A stretch of DNA of 64,000 nucleotides from Phoronis australis (taxonomy: Eukaryota > Animalia > Phoronida). The stretch spans positions 1-64,000 of the forward strand of contig NMRA01000629.1 of the NCBI GenBank assembly GCA_002633005.1. The letters run 5' to 3'. Position 1 is the stretch's first letter. The number at the start of each line of letters is the position of its first letter. The position numbers and the translations under genes are program-made. Below the pieces are notes generated by a model that did not search any database, was not told the origin of the DNA, and was given only the letters and a program-made list of their open reading frames with translations. Shown piece by piece: positions 25,401 through 40,400 of this stretch.

Positions 25401-28400
25401 GGTCGGCAAATTACCCGACCGGTCGGCTAAAAATTAGCCGACTGGCAGCCGCCCGCAGTGCCGACTCATAAGGCGACCCCACAGCCGACCCTTCAGCCGA
25501 CCCTTTAGCCGACCGGCCATCAGCCGACCAGCTGGTCGGCTGCTATTTTTAGGCTAGAGTAGCAGTTGCGTAATAGGTTGTCAGGCTCATACCACTTTGC
25601 GTGTCGATGCATATTCGTCTTAGCACAGGGTCAAATAAATTAACCTAGTTTTGCTGTCTCGGTTACATGAGTTCACGTCGGTTGTGTAACACCACTACTT
25701 CGAAGGTTGAAGGCAAGCGGCATTAGTAAACATTGGATTATGGACAATGCAACAAGTTTTGGATGAAAAACGTGAAAGTTTTCTTTACATTTGATCTTTA
25801 ATTTGACTCCTGACGTTAACAAATTGTATTAGATCGGTTGCTTCCCGGTCAATACAACGCTGTATAGTCATTTTGTAAACGCGGCTGTTTTTCGCAGTCT
25901 TCGCCCACAATTGATTTTGTTTGTGTAACGCCAAACTGCATCGTTTTTGCGTGTTTTAAGTTATTCACCGGTCTCCTATCACGCGCCCATGATGAAGGAT
26001 TAGTGAGTGAGTTGTTACACCGCGAAGAGTTCTCACTCCGGGGATTTTATTTTCATAGTATTGACCCGGCGAAATTCAAGGTCCATTATGCCCTAAACCC
26101 ATGGACTTCGACGTCTCTAACTTTGAAATCATACTATGGTTACGATTTCCACGAACTATGACGGTGACATCAAACACGGAATGACCACTGTTGAGGCTAC
26201 AGCCAATTGTAGCTTTGCGCATTCTGTTTTCATGTATCGGTGACGTTAAAATTTGGGCTTGTTACATGTACACGTAGGCCCCTATCAGTTGGTCGTTCAC
26301 GTTGTTCCAAAAATAAACACTTTCTGTCAACAACATATTGACAAATTATGTAAAATAAAACAATTGTGAACGGGAAGATGTGAATACGTGGTGAAGAGGT
26401 ATTGTCTCTACGCGGCATATGTGCGTGAATCTTTGGTAAAGCGATTGCGATGGCAAAAAATGATAGAAAATACATCAAGGTGCACTTTTGAGAAGCAAAG
26501 CGTCTGGTGATATTTATAGCGTATGATCTGGCCACCTCAGGTAGTAAGTGACGCTGAATGAGAAGTGGCAACTACATGTTTGGCTTGTAACGCCACCCCT
26601 CCCCGAGTTTTGCCAATTCTAATCAGTCACCACTCGAGATTTGGTTCCGTTTCAGTCCTAAAATCACAAAATAATTCTTCTGTGCTCAGCTGTAAGAAAA
26701 AATGCAATTTTTTTGAAATGGTGCTCAGTCTTAAAAAAGTTTCCCGCATGAGAACGCTTTATCAGAAATGCCAAGCACACGCAGCGTTGTAAGACAGAGA
26801 CGTTGGCGTTTCCGTATGTCCACAAAAGTGCTTTGAGCAGTGTTTACAAATTTGTTCATTTCGCTTTTCTTTGGTCAACACGGTGTTTTAAAAAAGTACA
26901 CTTTTGAGGGCACTTTCAAAAATAAATGTTTGGTTGATGAATTCACCGAGTCGGTGCCCACGGGCAGAAAACGTATCTGCGTAAAGAAAGAGTTAAGTTT
27001 TCAAAACATTCAGAGCATGAGCTCAAGGACTGTCTGAAAAAGAAAATAAAACCGAATACCAAACAGAAACTTGTCCGTTGATCATATAGCTCTTGGAAAA
27101 CTGTTACCCCGAAGAAATGTGCAAAATACGAACGTCATTTACGGAAGGTTATACCAGAAGTGATTCGTTGCAGTGGAGCCGCCACGGGATAGTAAAAACG
27201 CTGTGATGTGCAATAGTTAGCTGAATGGAAAGCTGAAGCGGAAAAATTCAGAACACAAATTTTCTATGCAGGAATTGAAATCTTTGTAGAAACAAAAACA
27301 ATTGACAACCAGGATTTATTGCGTCACTGAGAAAACTTATCACGCCAGGAGAGAATTCTTTTCATGCCCGGAGACAACGTGGTCACCCATTATGCAATGA
27401 TGGCAATCCAGTGTGTACCTATACATTGGCATCTATATAATTGTAAAACGTGGATTAGACGAAAGAAATTCAACCGCATTTCCAAGATAATATGTCTTGT
27501 CGGCAAAGGGTTGAACATTTAGCCCTTGTTTATAGGTATAGTACGAACATTATCACTTTGAAGGATCAATGCTTGGGGATGGTGACGGGGTGTTCTGGCG
27601 TGTAAAGTTACTGACGTGGTAAGTTTTTGAACGTGGCTTATTAAATTTTCCGTTCGGTTGTATTTTATTTTGATCCTGACGTGAAGAATTTTTGGTCCTC
27701 ACTTGATAAATTATAGGTGCTGATGTGATAAATTTCAGTCTTGACGTGGTGAATTTTAGTCTTAATTTGTTTTTTTTTTTTTTGGTCGTCTGTGTGAAAA
27801 CTCAATGTATTGGATTGTTTTAATTCCTGCTTAAGTAAAATTTCTGTTGTTTTTTTGGTCCTGGAGAATTAACATGATTTGCTTGGTTTTAATCTTGTAT
27901 AGAAAATATATGTTGTTAAATGTTGCAAATTAGGCCTCCCATAAATGTGGGAGAGCAAGTTGTGTAGCAGCGTTCTGTGTAACTTCTTATATAAGTCTAG
28001 ATGTTCGTGATTTAGTAATACTATGAAAAATGAGTAGTTATGACTATGAAGAATGAGTAGTTGTGGACTCTTTTGAAATATATGCCTGGTATATTTCCTT
28101 GGTGTAGATGGCTCAGTGTGATATTATGTAAGCCTTATAATCCTCTATGGCTTAACAACTATATATCTTCATTCATGCCTGTAATAGAGGTACTCCAAGG
28201 ATCATCAAGCATGTGTATGTTTTTATTCTAATGAGGCGTGCTTCGAATGTACAATTAGTAATCATATTTTCGCAGTGGTTCATTTCAAACGGATTCGTTA
28301 AATCCAGTAAATATTTTTGCAACTGCCGATCTGCATATTAGACATGCATATTGCATCATACCTCATCAGAGTAAAACTTGTCATCAATTATAGGAGAAAC

Positions 28401-31400
28401 ATATATTTTTATCATCGCCACAAGACGTTAACAAACACAGTCAGTGTCTGTAAGTGTTGTGTCTACATTGCTGATGAATTAAAGTCGGTCTAATTTCATT
28501 TTTATATCACTGATTCATCCAAAGGTTTGAAATTGCGCCTCCTTAAGAGTTTTGACTTGCCCTGGTGATCACTAGAATCCGATGCAATAAACTTATAGAA
28601 GTTGTTTTTTAACCAGGGTAATAGAGCTGAAAATTCTGTGCGTTTTCGTTTGCGAGAGTGTTCTTTTTGAATCACTGGGTTAATAATTTTTACGCTCTAC
28701 ATGAAAACACAGACAGTTTTTTAGGATTACCTGTACCAAGTTACCCCGAAAATATTATTTTCAAAGTTTTACCCCCTGGAGTATACGCCAAACGCCAAGT
28801 ATTGTGTTCTTACGCCAAAGGGCTCGGAAGGCTCTAGCCTTGGTGCGAAGGTGTTTACTAAATTAAATATACAAATTTGCGCCGTTGTGGGTAAAAACTG
28901 ACCGAATAAAATCTTCCTAGAGTAATCTATTTTATTTACCAGCGTTGCAAAATTTGGTTTTCTACAATTATTCTGCTCCTAAAATGAAATATTGCATCAC
29001 CTATTAGTCAGTTTCTAATTCCCAGATTCTTCAATCAAACGTTCTCCCTCGAGGTTACGTAAACGTCACGACAAATGATCAGAATTGGTTTCACTTCATT
29101 ATATGTTTTTGGAATTTTGATATCAGTGAACCAAATTTTAGAACAAATTTTGCTGAGATGTTGTCACCATCTAATGGGAGATGTCGAAAACATTTTGAAA
29201 GTGGCGCGTGTCACGAATGAACTCTTTTCAAAACGACGACATACGTTTTTTTGTTACAAAAGGCAGAGAATTACGCAAGAAGATGACGTCGGATATTTTT
29301 CGTTTAAACGGCCGTAACGAGCAACTTGAATGCCAATTGGCTTCCAGAGTTTGCATGCAAAATCGCCGGTCTTGAGCTCATGTTGATACAAGCTTTTCGC
29401 CGAGGTGACAAGCGTATATGTACATGTAACTATCCGGGGTGTGTGAAGTTTCGAGGTCTGTTTGAGCTTAATACGCAGTGGAACCTTGCTGTATTTTGAA
29501 AATAGTCTTTACAGCTAGCTGGCTAGATAGGAAGGCTCTAGCTTCGAAATTTTTTTACTGCGAAAGTGACAACAATTTCAGAATGATGATGGATGATGGA
29601 TTACACTATAAACCGATCACATTCTTCCGTTTTCATGCGCCCATGATTTAATAACGGCGCTATGTTTAAACCATTGTTTATGTTGTTCCTTAAATAAACT
29701 TGGGTTCTATTGCTGTACCAACATAATAAGAACTTATACAGAAATAAACAATAATTATCTGTGGTAAAGCGCAATATACAGCGTGATGAAGTGATGATCA
29801 AGAGCAATAACGGAATGAGCGCAAATGCGTGCTGCTTGTTGAGCAATCCGCGGCATGAAATCATTTGAGGTCGTAAAATATCCAGTGTTGTATTCTGATT
29901 TTTATGGAATTTTGCTGTAAATTTCAAATTGTGTGCTTGTTTTTATGCATAATGTACTGTATTAAAAGTCTCATATCTAAAGTTAGAAATTATTTTTCCG
30001 CTATATCACTAAACGTTTGATTTTAAAACGCCGTCATTAATTCAACATAAGGTTTCCGGCTTTTGTAATGTCACGCACTTCGTATTTGTAGGTTGATTCG
30101 ATTTTACCACCATTCAATAGTTGAACAAAATTTGATAAACCCATGTCAAGACCGGAGTTGCCACTGCTAAACGAACAGCGAACAGTTACTGTAAATGTTT
30201 GTTTGTCCAAAGTTCACCCGCTAAGTCATAAAATGGTAATTGCCGACCAAGGGCACGCTTAATCCGAATTGGTCGTCTACGCTAGGCGACCAATTAGCCG
30301 ACCCAAGTGCCGACCACAGAGGCGACTCAACAGACGGCTCCTAGCCGACCGTTGTTGGTCGGCTGCTGGTCGGCTAGACGACCGGTCGACGGCCGGTCGT
30401 CGACCAATTTCCGACCGGTCGGCCAAAAATTCGGCGTGATGTGTGCTGTACCTGCAGCAGACGTGTTTCTTGAACCATGTGAACATTTTCTATTTGCTAG
30501 GTGTTCACTGTCATCTGAATGCAAGGCGGTAGATGTTCCAAAGAAATGGTACAACTACAACGCAGACATTAACCAGTGCATCACTTTCTCAAATATAGAA
30601 CCAACTGACAGAGTATCTGTACATGCAGCTGAGCATCCAATCAATGTAAGTATACAATGTCCGGAATTTCAAATAGAAAGACCTATGCCTGATGTCCCAC
30701 AACTTGCAAAGTGATTCGATAAGTTTGTGCACAACAGGGCCTAGACGTGTATTTATGTCTGTTTACGGCCAGGATCTTACGTTAAAGACAACGCAACAGT
30801 GTCATGGATAGCCTTAAAAAAGCTGGACAAGATTCTTGTCAGGTGTTTAATGGTTTCAACATCAGTGTCACACTCGGGACACACAAGGCTCCCCATATGC
30901 CCAGTACAGGCTCTGTATCGTGGTAGGTTACCCTGGCCCGCCCGAATTTGAATGACGTGTCTTATGCCCAATCTATAAAAAACATATGGTTTTTAGGTTG
31001 AGAAGCCTGACTTACGCATTAAGCGAGCTCTAGATAACTGTAGGGGAATGTAACCCACCAAGAACCACAATATTCATTCTGTGACACTGACCATTCAAGT
31101 TGTAATCCAGCATTTCATTAGAAAATAACACAATTTGTTTTTGCTGGAATCACAAAAACAGGGTTGGTAACCTTTTTGAGTGAAGAACTAGACGAGACCA
31201 ATTTTACAACAATAGAAGGACTAAACCCAAAGATTTTTGCGGGTCTATTGCTCTTTACGTAAATAAAAACTGCAAAGCAGTTGAAATTTTGATCGTGACT
31301 TTTGCTTCCGTTTTACAGTTGTCGTTAAACATTTTACACCTACCCCAAGACAACAGTTTCACATGTGTCTTTGGCGAGAGTACTGTTACACCTACCACGA

Positions 31401-34400
31401 AAACCCCATATGGTGTACGCTGCATCACTCCCCGATGGGAATTGGTTCATGGAAATGACGGTTAGTTTCAGCATAATTATACTTAATCCAGATCCCAGCT
31501 TGAAGGTACACAAAAAGGAATCAATTGGCATTAAATGTAAAGTTTGAGCGAAAACTGACGTCGGCCAAAACTAAACACTTTGTAATACATGTACATGTAA
31601 GTGCCATTGTGATCTTGTTCCTACTATCTGCAGTCCTTGTTTCCAGGTTATTGCTGTCTAAATGTACGAAACAGTTCACTATAAACGATCTAATTAAAAG
31701 CAATTTATTGCAACAATTCAGAGTGTGGATCAATGAGTATTCTTGTTTTGTTGAATTATGACGTCAAATTAGGTACACTGTACAACAATTCACAACAAAC
31801 AAAAAGCACCTGTACAGTTGTCAAAAGCATATTGTTACGCAATCATTAATAACTCTGCTGTTTGAAACAAAATGCGATGACTTCCGAAATGAAGTGACGT
31901 TGCTTGACTTGAAATGTACAATGCAGTATCACATTCCATGCCAACCGGCCGTCAGGTTTGACAAACCAGCCAATTACAAGGTGTAGAAACCAAGAATCAG
32001 TGCCGAAGCGAAAGGACGATGGCAGTAAATAAAACCAGTTGAAACAATTAGAGTAGCTATCAAACAAGAGACGAAAATATTGAAGGGAAGAAGTATCAAT
32101 TGACGTATCATTTGGTGAAGCATTAAAAAGCGGGGAGTGGGCGAACAGGGCTCAAAAATGCAGACGTCAGGACAAAAACCATGGCAGCGATCAGCAATGG
32201 CGTATTAGGCGGGGGAGCATGGTGAATATGAAAGGAGAAACTCACAACAAAACATGAAGGAAAGAGATTAGGAGGGTGCGCTGTGTCGGGGGGCTTTTAT
32301 GTTCCGTGTTTTGCTTACACAAAACTAAAACCATTGCGCTACAGCATGCGTCGAAAAAGATCGAGAAAACTTGTTGTTCAGTTGTTTCCCAGATCAACAT
32401 GATTTCAAATTGTATATTTAAGAGTGTAATAATTAGCGAACAAACCTGTGCATTTCTCCTGAAATCTCCTCTGTCAATAAATTATTCTTGAAACTACATG
32501 TACGTTTCCTTTAGTAATATTATTGCTACCTGACGGAGAAGAGACCTGACAACAGCCTCAACTATCCCTCATGTCCTATGATGGTTAGCATGCCTTCATA
32601 TTTGGGGTGAGGGCTGCTGATGACATCCATTGCCAATTTTTTTTTCCTCTGAAGTGACCGCTCTCCGAAGAAAGACCGATTACGGAATCAATTGCCGATC
32701 TTTTCTGATATCGGTGAAATCGTACATTCCTGTTTGTTGAAGGATACCTTTTGAAGGGTCCCCGAACAAAGAACTCAACTGCCAATCTTTCGTTGCTCTT
32801 TAATGGTAGCCATTTAAATTCTCACAGGATTCATTTGGTGTCCACTACACAGAGTCCTGTCATGGACGGGCGGCCCACACAATTGCCCAATTGTCTCCCT
32901 ACAAATCTGGCTCTGCCAACAATTCTTGAGGGGAAGTAGATGAAATTTCAAATTGGCCGAGAATACCGCAGATGCATGCAAGCCTCAATAGATGGCACTC
33001 AAACAACCAAATATGATAGATTGTATAGTAACAGTGGCCGGAACTGAAATCATTCAGTTCAAAACGATTTTTGTGGAGGGCTCTCTAAACCCACATGGGA
33101 ACCCCGTCAGCCACGCTCCCTGGTTGTTCATTGACCAAGCACTGTGCGCGTAACGTGACTTTCATTTAAAGCTTCCTGAGAACTGAGAATTACCGATTTG
33201 TAGCTTATGAAGAAGCAGAAAACGTAAAGGTGCTGTATGTGAGTGTGCGTGCGTGTATGCGCGTGCGTGCGTGTGTCTTTAATTTTTATACACGGTTGCC
33301 ATATGAGGACTCAATACCTGAAAATTATGTTCTTCTAGTAACCTGCAAGGATTTATTGGTTTACAAGTTACATGTTATAGAATGTATAGAAATTCTAATA
33401 TGCAGTATTTACCAAATGTTCAGATCATAGCTAAAAATGCCACACTGTAGGCGGTTGAAAAGGAACCGATTAGCACGGTCCACAAAAATCCGTGAGGGAC
33501 TGCCTGTTAGAAAACAACTGTACTGATGTTTTCAGTGATATGTCCAGTGCGATTCTAGCTACTGCTCGAACGATTGGAATTGAATATTCTTATTATATGT
33601 ACAATGGGACAAGAACTTGTTGTAACAGAGCTTACATGTAACTACATTAACTGGCGTTGTTTCGTTTTCAGGTGATTATTATATTTTTCAGATCACGTAA
33701 CAATCCCCCTCTCACTGAACTCATCAGAAACCGGAATTCTGTTCATTTCGAAAAATTTTACCTTCTTCTCTTGTAAATTCCACAAGACGTAAGTAGAATA
33801 TTGATACACCAGTATAATTCGGTAGCAGCCCTTCGTTAACACAAAAACACGACTAAATGTTTATTTGTAACCTAGATATAAAGTGGCTCGTAGTGTCAAA
33901 TCAATGTCCTTTCTTCAGGCATGCAGCTATGTAGGTAACAAGCAGATTTAAACGCCAGGTAGCAATAAGTGTAATGAACATGTACGAAGAGAAATAAACA
34001 GTGAAAAACGAGTGACAGCGGGAAGAGGGGGCGTACAAGTAAAGAGTGTGAATGCAACACACTGTGGGAAGCCCAGAAGCCAACAGAAACAGAGCCAGCG
34101 TGCGGTGCAAAGCTGTGAGTTGCTTATTCAACACAGTTTTTTTCGTGACTGGTGATGCTAAAATCTTTAGCCGAAATGTGTCATTTTCAACATAGCGAAT
34201 GTTGGTATTGTCTCCTGTTCTCACCTAGTTATTTATTGGCCATGCAAGTTCATGGACAACCGCGTGCGTTTCCAATGTAACACTGTTCACGAGAATGGGG
34301 ACGAAGACATTTGTCCATACAAATGTAGGACATGCAAATCGGTAAACAATATTACTTTGGCCACTGGTCGTAATTTTTCGTGACTGTGATTGTTTTCCAT

Positions 34401-37400
34401 TACAAGGTGACATGACTTTATGTTCTGATACAGTATCACTACATTCACATCTGTATCAAGCTTTCAAACAAAAATTAATCCTGTTTTCAACCAAGTTTGT
34501 AAGTGACACATACATGTATTTTATTCAACGCTGGTTCTAAACTTGTGTGACGTAAAAGTTTATCCTCTTGAGACCTGACTTCTTTCAAATTGCCCGTTTC
34601 AGTGTCAACCTGATTTGAAAGTGTTATCTTACGTATTAATTAAAGTCTTTCAAAACGTCTGTGACATGACAGTGCTGGATGTCGCATGTGAATTTATTTC
34701 AACAAGTACTGCATGCATGTACGGTACACCAGTGCTTTTCGATTGTAGATGTACCACGTGTGTACGAAGTCAATGGGGATGCCTGTGGTGTGTCTACGAT
34801 CACAAGTGTGTACACCCAACAGACAACGTCGAATGTAAGCCCGGAAACGTCACCTCGGTGAGCTTGTGCCCTCGGATTGACGCCTCGACACTTCCAATAA
34901 AACTGCCCAGTGGATTTAAAAAGGGATTTGTACTTAGGACAAAAGAGTTGCCTTCACCAATGGTCAGTTGAGTATTTGTCTTATCTTTAATGTAAGGTCT
35001 GTGACTGCAGTTTCAAAAAGAACCATGACGTGGATCAATTTTTTCGATAAAATTTTCAACTCTTTTGTCTAAAGACTGCTTAAAGTCGGAGTAGAAACGT
35101 AACTAATTTATTGAGCCACGAGGTTGATTTTCTGTAAAAGCCGGTTTTTAGTAAAGAGATTACAACCCTAACCCTGACCTTCAGATCATTTGCATTGCAA
35201 GTATTGTCGGTGTTGATTTATGAAAAGCAAACTATAATAAGAACTAAATGTTGCATGGCAGGAGGGTTTCTGTGAAGTCCATGCACGTACATGTAAGCTA
35301 ATACATGTATGGTATGCAGAACTAGCAACAGAAATCCAGGGGAAAGTTTACAGCTGTGAACTGATTCCTTTTGAGGTGGGATGTCCATGTTTTCCGTCTT
35401 CATCTAAACGGAGGTTTCTGAAGGTCGCTTGTGTGAACCCTTCCAGTAAGGTGGTAAGTGTGTGTGGACAGAAGGCTGTGGAGGGCAGCACATGGATTAT
35501 GCGGAAGTACATGTCGGATACTTATTAAAGTGGAGCCAGGACTTGATGGCCAACTGCAACGCAACCACGTCTACCAGCTAATGCTGGCCCATCGTGTGGA
35601 GAAATCCTGAGCTCAATGAGCCGAAATCTTTGAGGAAGCACGGCGCTCAGCTGATGATAGCTGCTGGCCGTGGAGCATAACTATCTATATTTGTGTATTT
35701 AATTATTCTTGACTGACTGGAGGAGATAACGATACACGTATGGTCAATAACAAATACCGTTCAAATACATTTTCGTCTCAATTCTGGTCACAATCCGCCG
35801 GATAGTTGGTCAGACATGCCGAAGATGATCGTGTTGGTCCCCTCATATTCGAGTAGATGGTTAAGTTGACGGCACCGTCACTGAGACTAGTAATTTTTCA
35901 AACTTTCTGGCTCCTGATATTCCTCACAGAACGGTAAGTTACAAGCACATGTGGATCATTTACCTCGAGCAAATTAAATAAATAGCCAAGGTACGTGTGC
36001 TGGGTTATTATTCTTTCTGGTGACTGTTGATGAATGGTTTTAATGATTCTACAGTATGGGCAGTTGTAGATATTTGAAGTGGTTGCGAGTCGTGATGTCG
36101 GACAAACAGCAAGGGAACTTTTAAGAATGATCTAGATTGGATTGATATCTGGATTTGCCTCTAATTAGAAACTGCTTTCTTCTAGAATTGAATGCAAATG
36201 AGATTTTGTAATCTACTCGCTTTTTTGAACTTCGCCTAAAAAGCAGCGAACACTAAAACATTATCAGAATTCCTCGTTCATATGACGATTACACCCAGCT
36301 CGCTTCTTGAATTACATGTAGTATTAACAGTGGTTTGGCGTCGAAATCAGTCGGCCGTTGTCCTGTTGCAAACGGTCGTCTTAATCGGTCAATATCCACA
36401 TCGCCTCGCATTCGGTCGACCTTACCTTGCCAAGAGGTGTCGCGCTAACCTGTGAGGAAGGGGAGAAACGAAGCTAGCGAAGTCAGTGGTTCATATGCAG
36501 AGTGAATGCCGCTATGTTGCAGTGCAACGTTCCAGCTTGTCCGGACTAAGCAACTTCGAGGAAAGCGGGTATACTTCCTCGAGAGTCCAAAATACTTAGG
36601 AAGTGGCTCATGGTAGTGAAGAATGAAATGTACGCTGTAAATAGCAAGTACGAGGCCGTGAAACATCTCCGTGTCTTTGGCCTGCAGACGTCGAAATTGA
36701 GTCAAATGCCGGCTTACCAAATAACTCCATACGTTCCGTTGTATGAGCTTGTTCACGGCGCCTCTCTAGTATTTCTTCATCACTGTACACTGTACATGTA
36801 TTCCTGTTCGAATTGATAGCCTGTAAAGCTTAAAGATCCATCTGCGAAGTCGGGACTGATGAGCTCTAGCTCGTCCTAAGTCGGGACTGCAAAGTACCAT
36901 GTTTGTGTTTATTACTGAGCGTTCTGTTTCAAAATGAATTATTCTCACCCTAACCAATACTTATATAAAACTGAAACAAAGTCTGTCTCATTAGATTCAA
37001 TTTTTAATTCCTTTGGAGTGTTCGTGAGTGCAAATGATTTGAGAAGCCAGCAGTGAATAAATCACTGCGTTACCGGCTTGGATGCAATAAAACTAATTGA
37101 CGGGACGCCGAAGCCGTGTGAGCTCATGCTACATGTATGTACAGTGTACATGTAAGTGTTTGCTGGCAGAAACTGTTGTGAAACAACTCGATTTCCATCC
37201 CACGGCCAGGTGTTAGGGTAATCTTTATTTACATTTACATTACTCAAATAATGATTGTCAATGTACAACTTCTGCCCTGACGGTGCTTTGGCCAAAGCGG
37301 AAGCCGGCTGAATTCGCAGCCCCCGACGAGTAGGTAGATTTGCAGTGTCGTGGCTAATTCACCAACATAATCACGTGCACATTACTTTGGCTCACTAGTA

Positions 37401-40400
37401 GTATAGAACTTTTTTGACTGGAAGTTTAGTTTTCACTGAACTTTGGCTGGTTTATGTTCGTGATGTCGAGCCACTGGCCGGGATAACGAGTCAATCCGGC
37501 CGGCCTTGACGGGCCTGATCGGGCTCCGAGCCACTAGCCAGGATAACATTAGAACTCAAAAAATCACAAGTCTCAAAAACACAGATCTAGGTTCTCCTGT
37601 CTGTATCTCACAGAAAATACTTTGAAGTTATCTCCAGACAGACCACAAACTCTTTCCGTGCTACGGACGTTATTGGCTTGCCGAACTTTGTATGCTACGG
37701 TGTGTCCAAATACCAGTAAATCCGACACAGCGAAATAAACAACACGTTTTTATAGGAACTCGGTGTATTTTTAGGCTTTTAAACTGAACTTTGATGATTT
37801 ATTGTTGTTAAACGATGACTTCAAGCGATAAGCTGACACCAGTAACCCGTATTGTCAACTGCTGAACAGACTGCGAGTGAAACCGATGACCTCATTGGAT
37901 AATTTCAACATCTCTCTGCCCTCAGGTGTCAGGTAACGCAAGGCGCACGTGTCCTTATGGAGTAGAACCTCTCGATCTAAATTGATACAAATTAGGTTGT
38001 TTTTTGGGTGGCATGCTCTTTTTAGGTCAATTTGATTTCCCGGCAGATTCCCACCATATTTGCACAGCCACGATTGCCTGGCACTTCTTGTCACTTCACA
38101 AATCGGGCTAGCACGGTTCTTGATAAATTTAGTGTGAAATGTACTCCCAATCCTAATAGGGTTCGTCCGAAAGAGGTCGTCTATCTAGACACTTGCCAAT
38201 TCGTTGCAACAGCCTACCATCGCCCAATAAGCATTACCTGACATAAGATAACCTTGCATAACAAAGCGCATTAAGATTTCTACTTGGTCTTCATCCCTTC
38301 TCCTAGTTCACACCAGATTTAACCTCCCCCCACTGTCAGGTGGTCTTAAAGGCGGATGGGGACACTAGTGTAATGTATATTTTCAGCAGTCATCGACTGT
38401 GGCTCCTTCCTTAATTACTGACTAAGTTGAGCAGCTGTATTGGATTTTGACTGTGCTCACGTACATTCAAAACAAATCCCTAAAATTTATACATCAAGCA
38501 TCTTCATGGATTGAGATGCAATGTCTCTTTATTTTTATAGAATGGTCAGACTGGATATGAATGTAAAATCCACGTGGACGACAGAACTTTTACAACTTCG
38601 GTAGCTGTGCAAGGAGATACTGTCACGTGTTTGGGAAATACGGAGGTGCGTCAACTAAGTAAAACCTGAGATGATTTTTTTTCCAAAATCTTCTACAAGA
38701 ATGTTGCTAATATTTCACAAAAATGTTTTGTTTTTGTTTTCCGCTAACAAATTGTGTCTGTCACGCTTTTAGTGTAACAGTACTGCCAAGTTGACGACAC
38801 TCTCGCGCAATCACAAGATTAAGTTACCTTGCGGTTAATCTCTGCAATATATACGTGAGAAGTCGACGAGGACATTCGCAAACAACAAAAATTAATGAAT
38901 TATAAGAGGGTGGAACGGTCTAAATCAATTGTAGCACAGTATATACCCGTTTACATACGGTGTATTGTAACACCAATCAGTTATTCGGAGATAAAATCAT
39001 ATCCCCGTACCACTGAATCTCGCTTTCCAGCACACAAATCTCCTATCTGAACTTTGAAGTTAACTGGCTGTCCTATTCTTTCTTCATTAAAATTCTGCAA
39101 AAATATGAACTCTGATGATTGCAAGTGAACCTAATGAAACTTTTGAAGAAGGTTGGCGTGGTTGTAAAATGTTATCAGTAGTCTTTAAAGATACTGTACG
39201 TGTAGCTATAGATGTACACATGTAGTTCTGTAGAATGAACCGATTCGACGGTAAGCAGAAAGTCTTCTGGTCGTATCCTGAAGGGAACAGAGATCATTTC
39301 CAACTGAACAGTTGGTCAAGCATACATACAAACATACGGCGTGTATGATAACCTTGAGTGGATGAAATAATTTGTTCCTGCGAGAGATATCAGAATCTAT
39401 TTCGAAACAAAAATATTAATTGACTCTTTGCCATGACACTCAAGAGAAATGGTACTACTTTTAATTGCAGCTGACTGGACCGCACTTGTTCAAATTAAAA
39501 AACAGTGACCAGCAAGTGTCAATTTAAAATGTTGCAAATATAAACTACTCTAAATATTGCTTGTGCACTGGTTTACACTTTGCAAAGAACACGTGGTTGT
39601 CCTATGGATTCAGACTAGGACACCAAACTGAGTCCGTTTACAAATGAAATAACCCACTGAGTGACGGAAATTCGCCATTATTACATCGAATGCATACTGC
39701 AAAATACTATCATTTTCAGTATCACTACTACGAGAGCGTCCAACGCAAAAAAGTCTTGGTTTCTCTTGTCTGGAATGGTGTCTTCCAAATTGATAATCCG
39801 AATAATGTCAGAGGTGAGTAGAACGGCAGGCTAAAATTCATTAATAGCAATTTAAGCAATCAAGTCAATCGAGTTCGCCATTTGCATTTAATTCGCAAAT
39901 CGTCAACAATGCAGTCAATGTCTGCTTTTTCAGAAAATCGTCGACATCTGGTATCAACCGAAAAATATGTGTTGTCTCCAATTAGAATGTTAGAACTTGT
40001 GTCATTGTGTTCCGAATATTTACTTAATTCTTCTTGAAGTGAGGATCATTAACAAACGGGAATCTTATTGAAAGAAGGTACCGTTACCAGAGGAAATTTT
40101 CCATTATCGGGGATAGTTATTGATCATCGAAAGTTTGAAGGGGTCGGCTGTATAGTCCGAAGAGCCATTAATCTGAAGAACCAATATTTCGAGGGGCCAC
40201 TGGTTCGAATGGCACATAGCCTGAAAGGGTGATACTCCAAAGAACAGAGAGACCGATGTAGTCCGAAAAGTTACGTCTCTTAAGCCAGCAAAAGTATACA
40301 TGTTCCATGCTTCTGGAGTGTTATTGATGTAGTGCCAAAACATGTTTCATGGGTAATGTAATTACTTGCTGATATCAAAATATCGGTCTTGAGCCATCCA

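Noticed and set aside
30277-30500. Arg/Pro-rich overlapping ORFs
   Set aside because: They are translations of the GC-rich transposon terminal repeats; only 30501-30645 is exon.
33672-33691. Alternative upstream acceptor for exon 8 (tttcag at 33671)
   Set aside because: It would add 20 nt and shift the frame; the downstream AG gives the plexin-like sequence.
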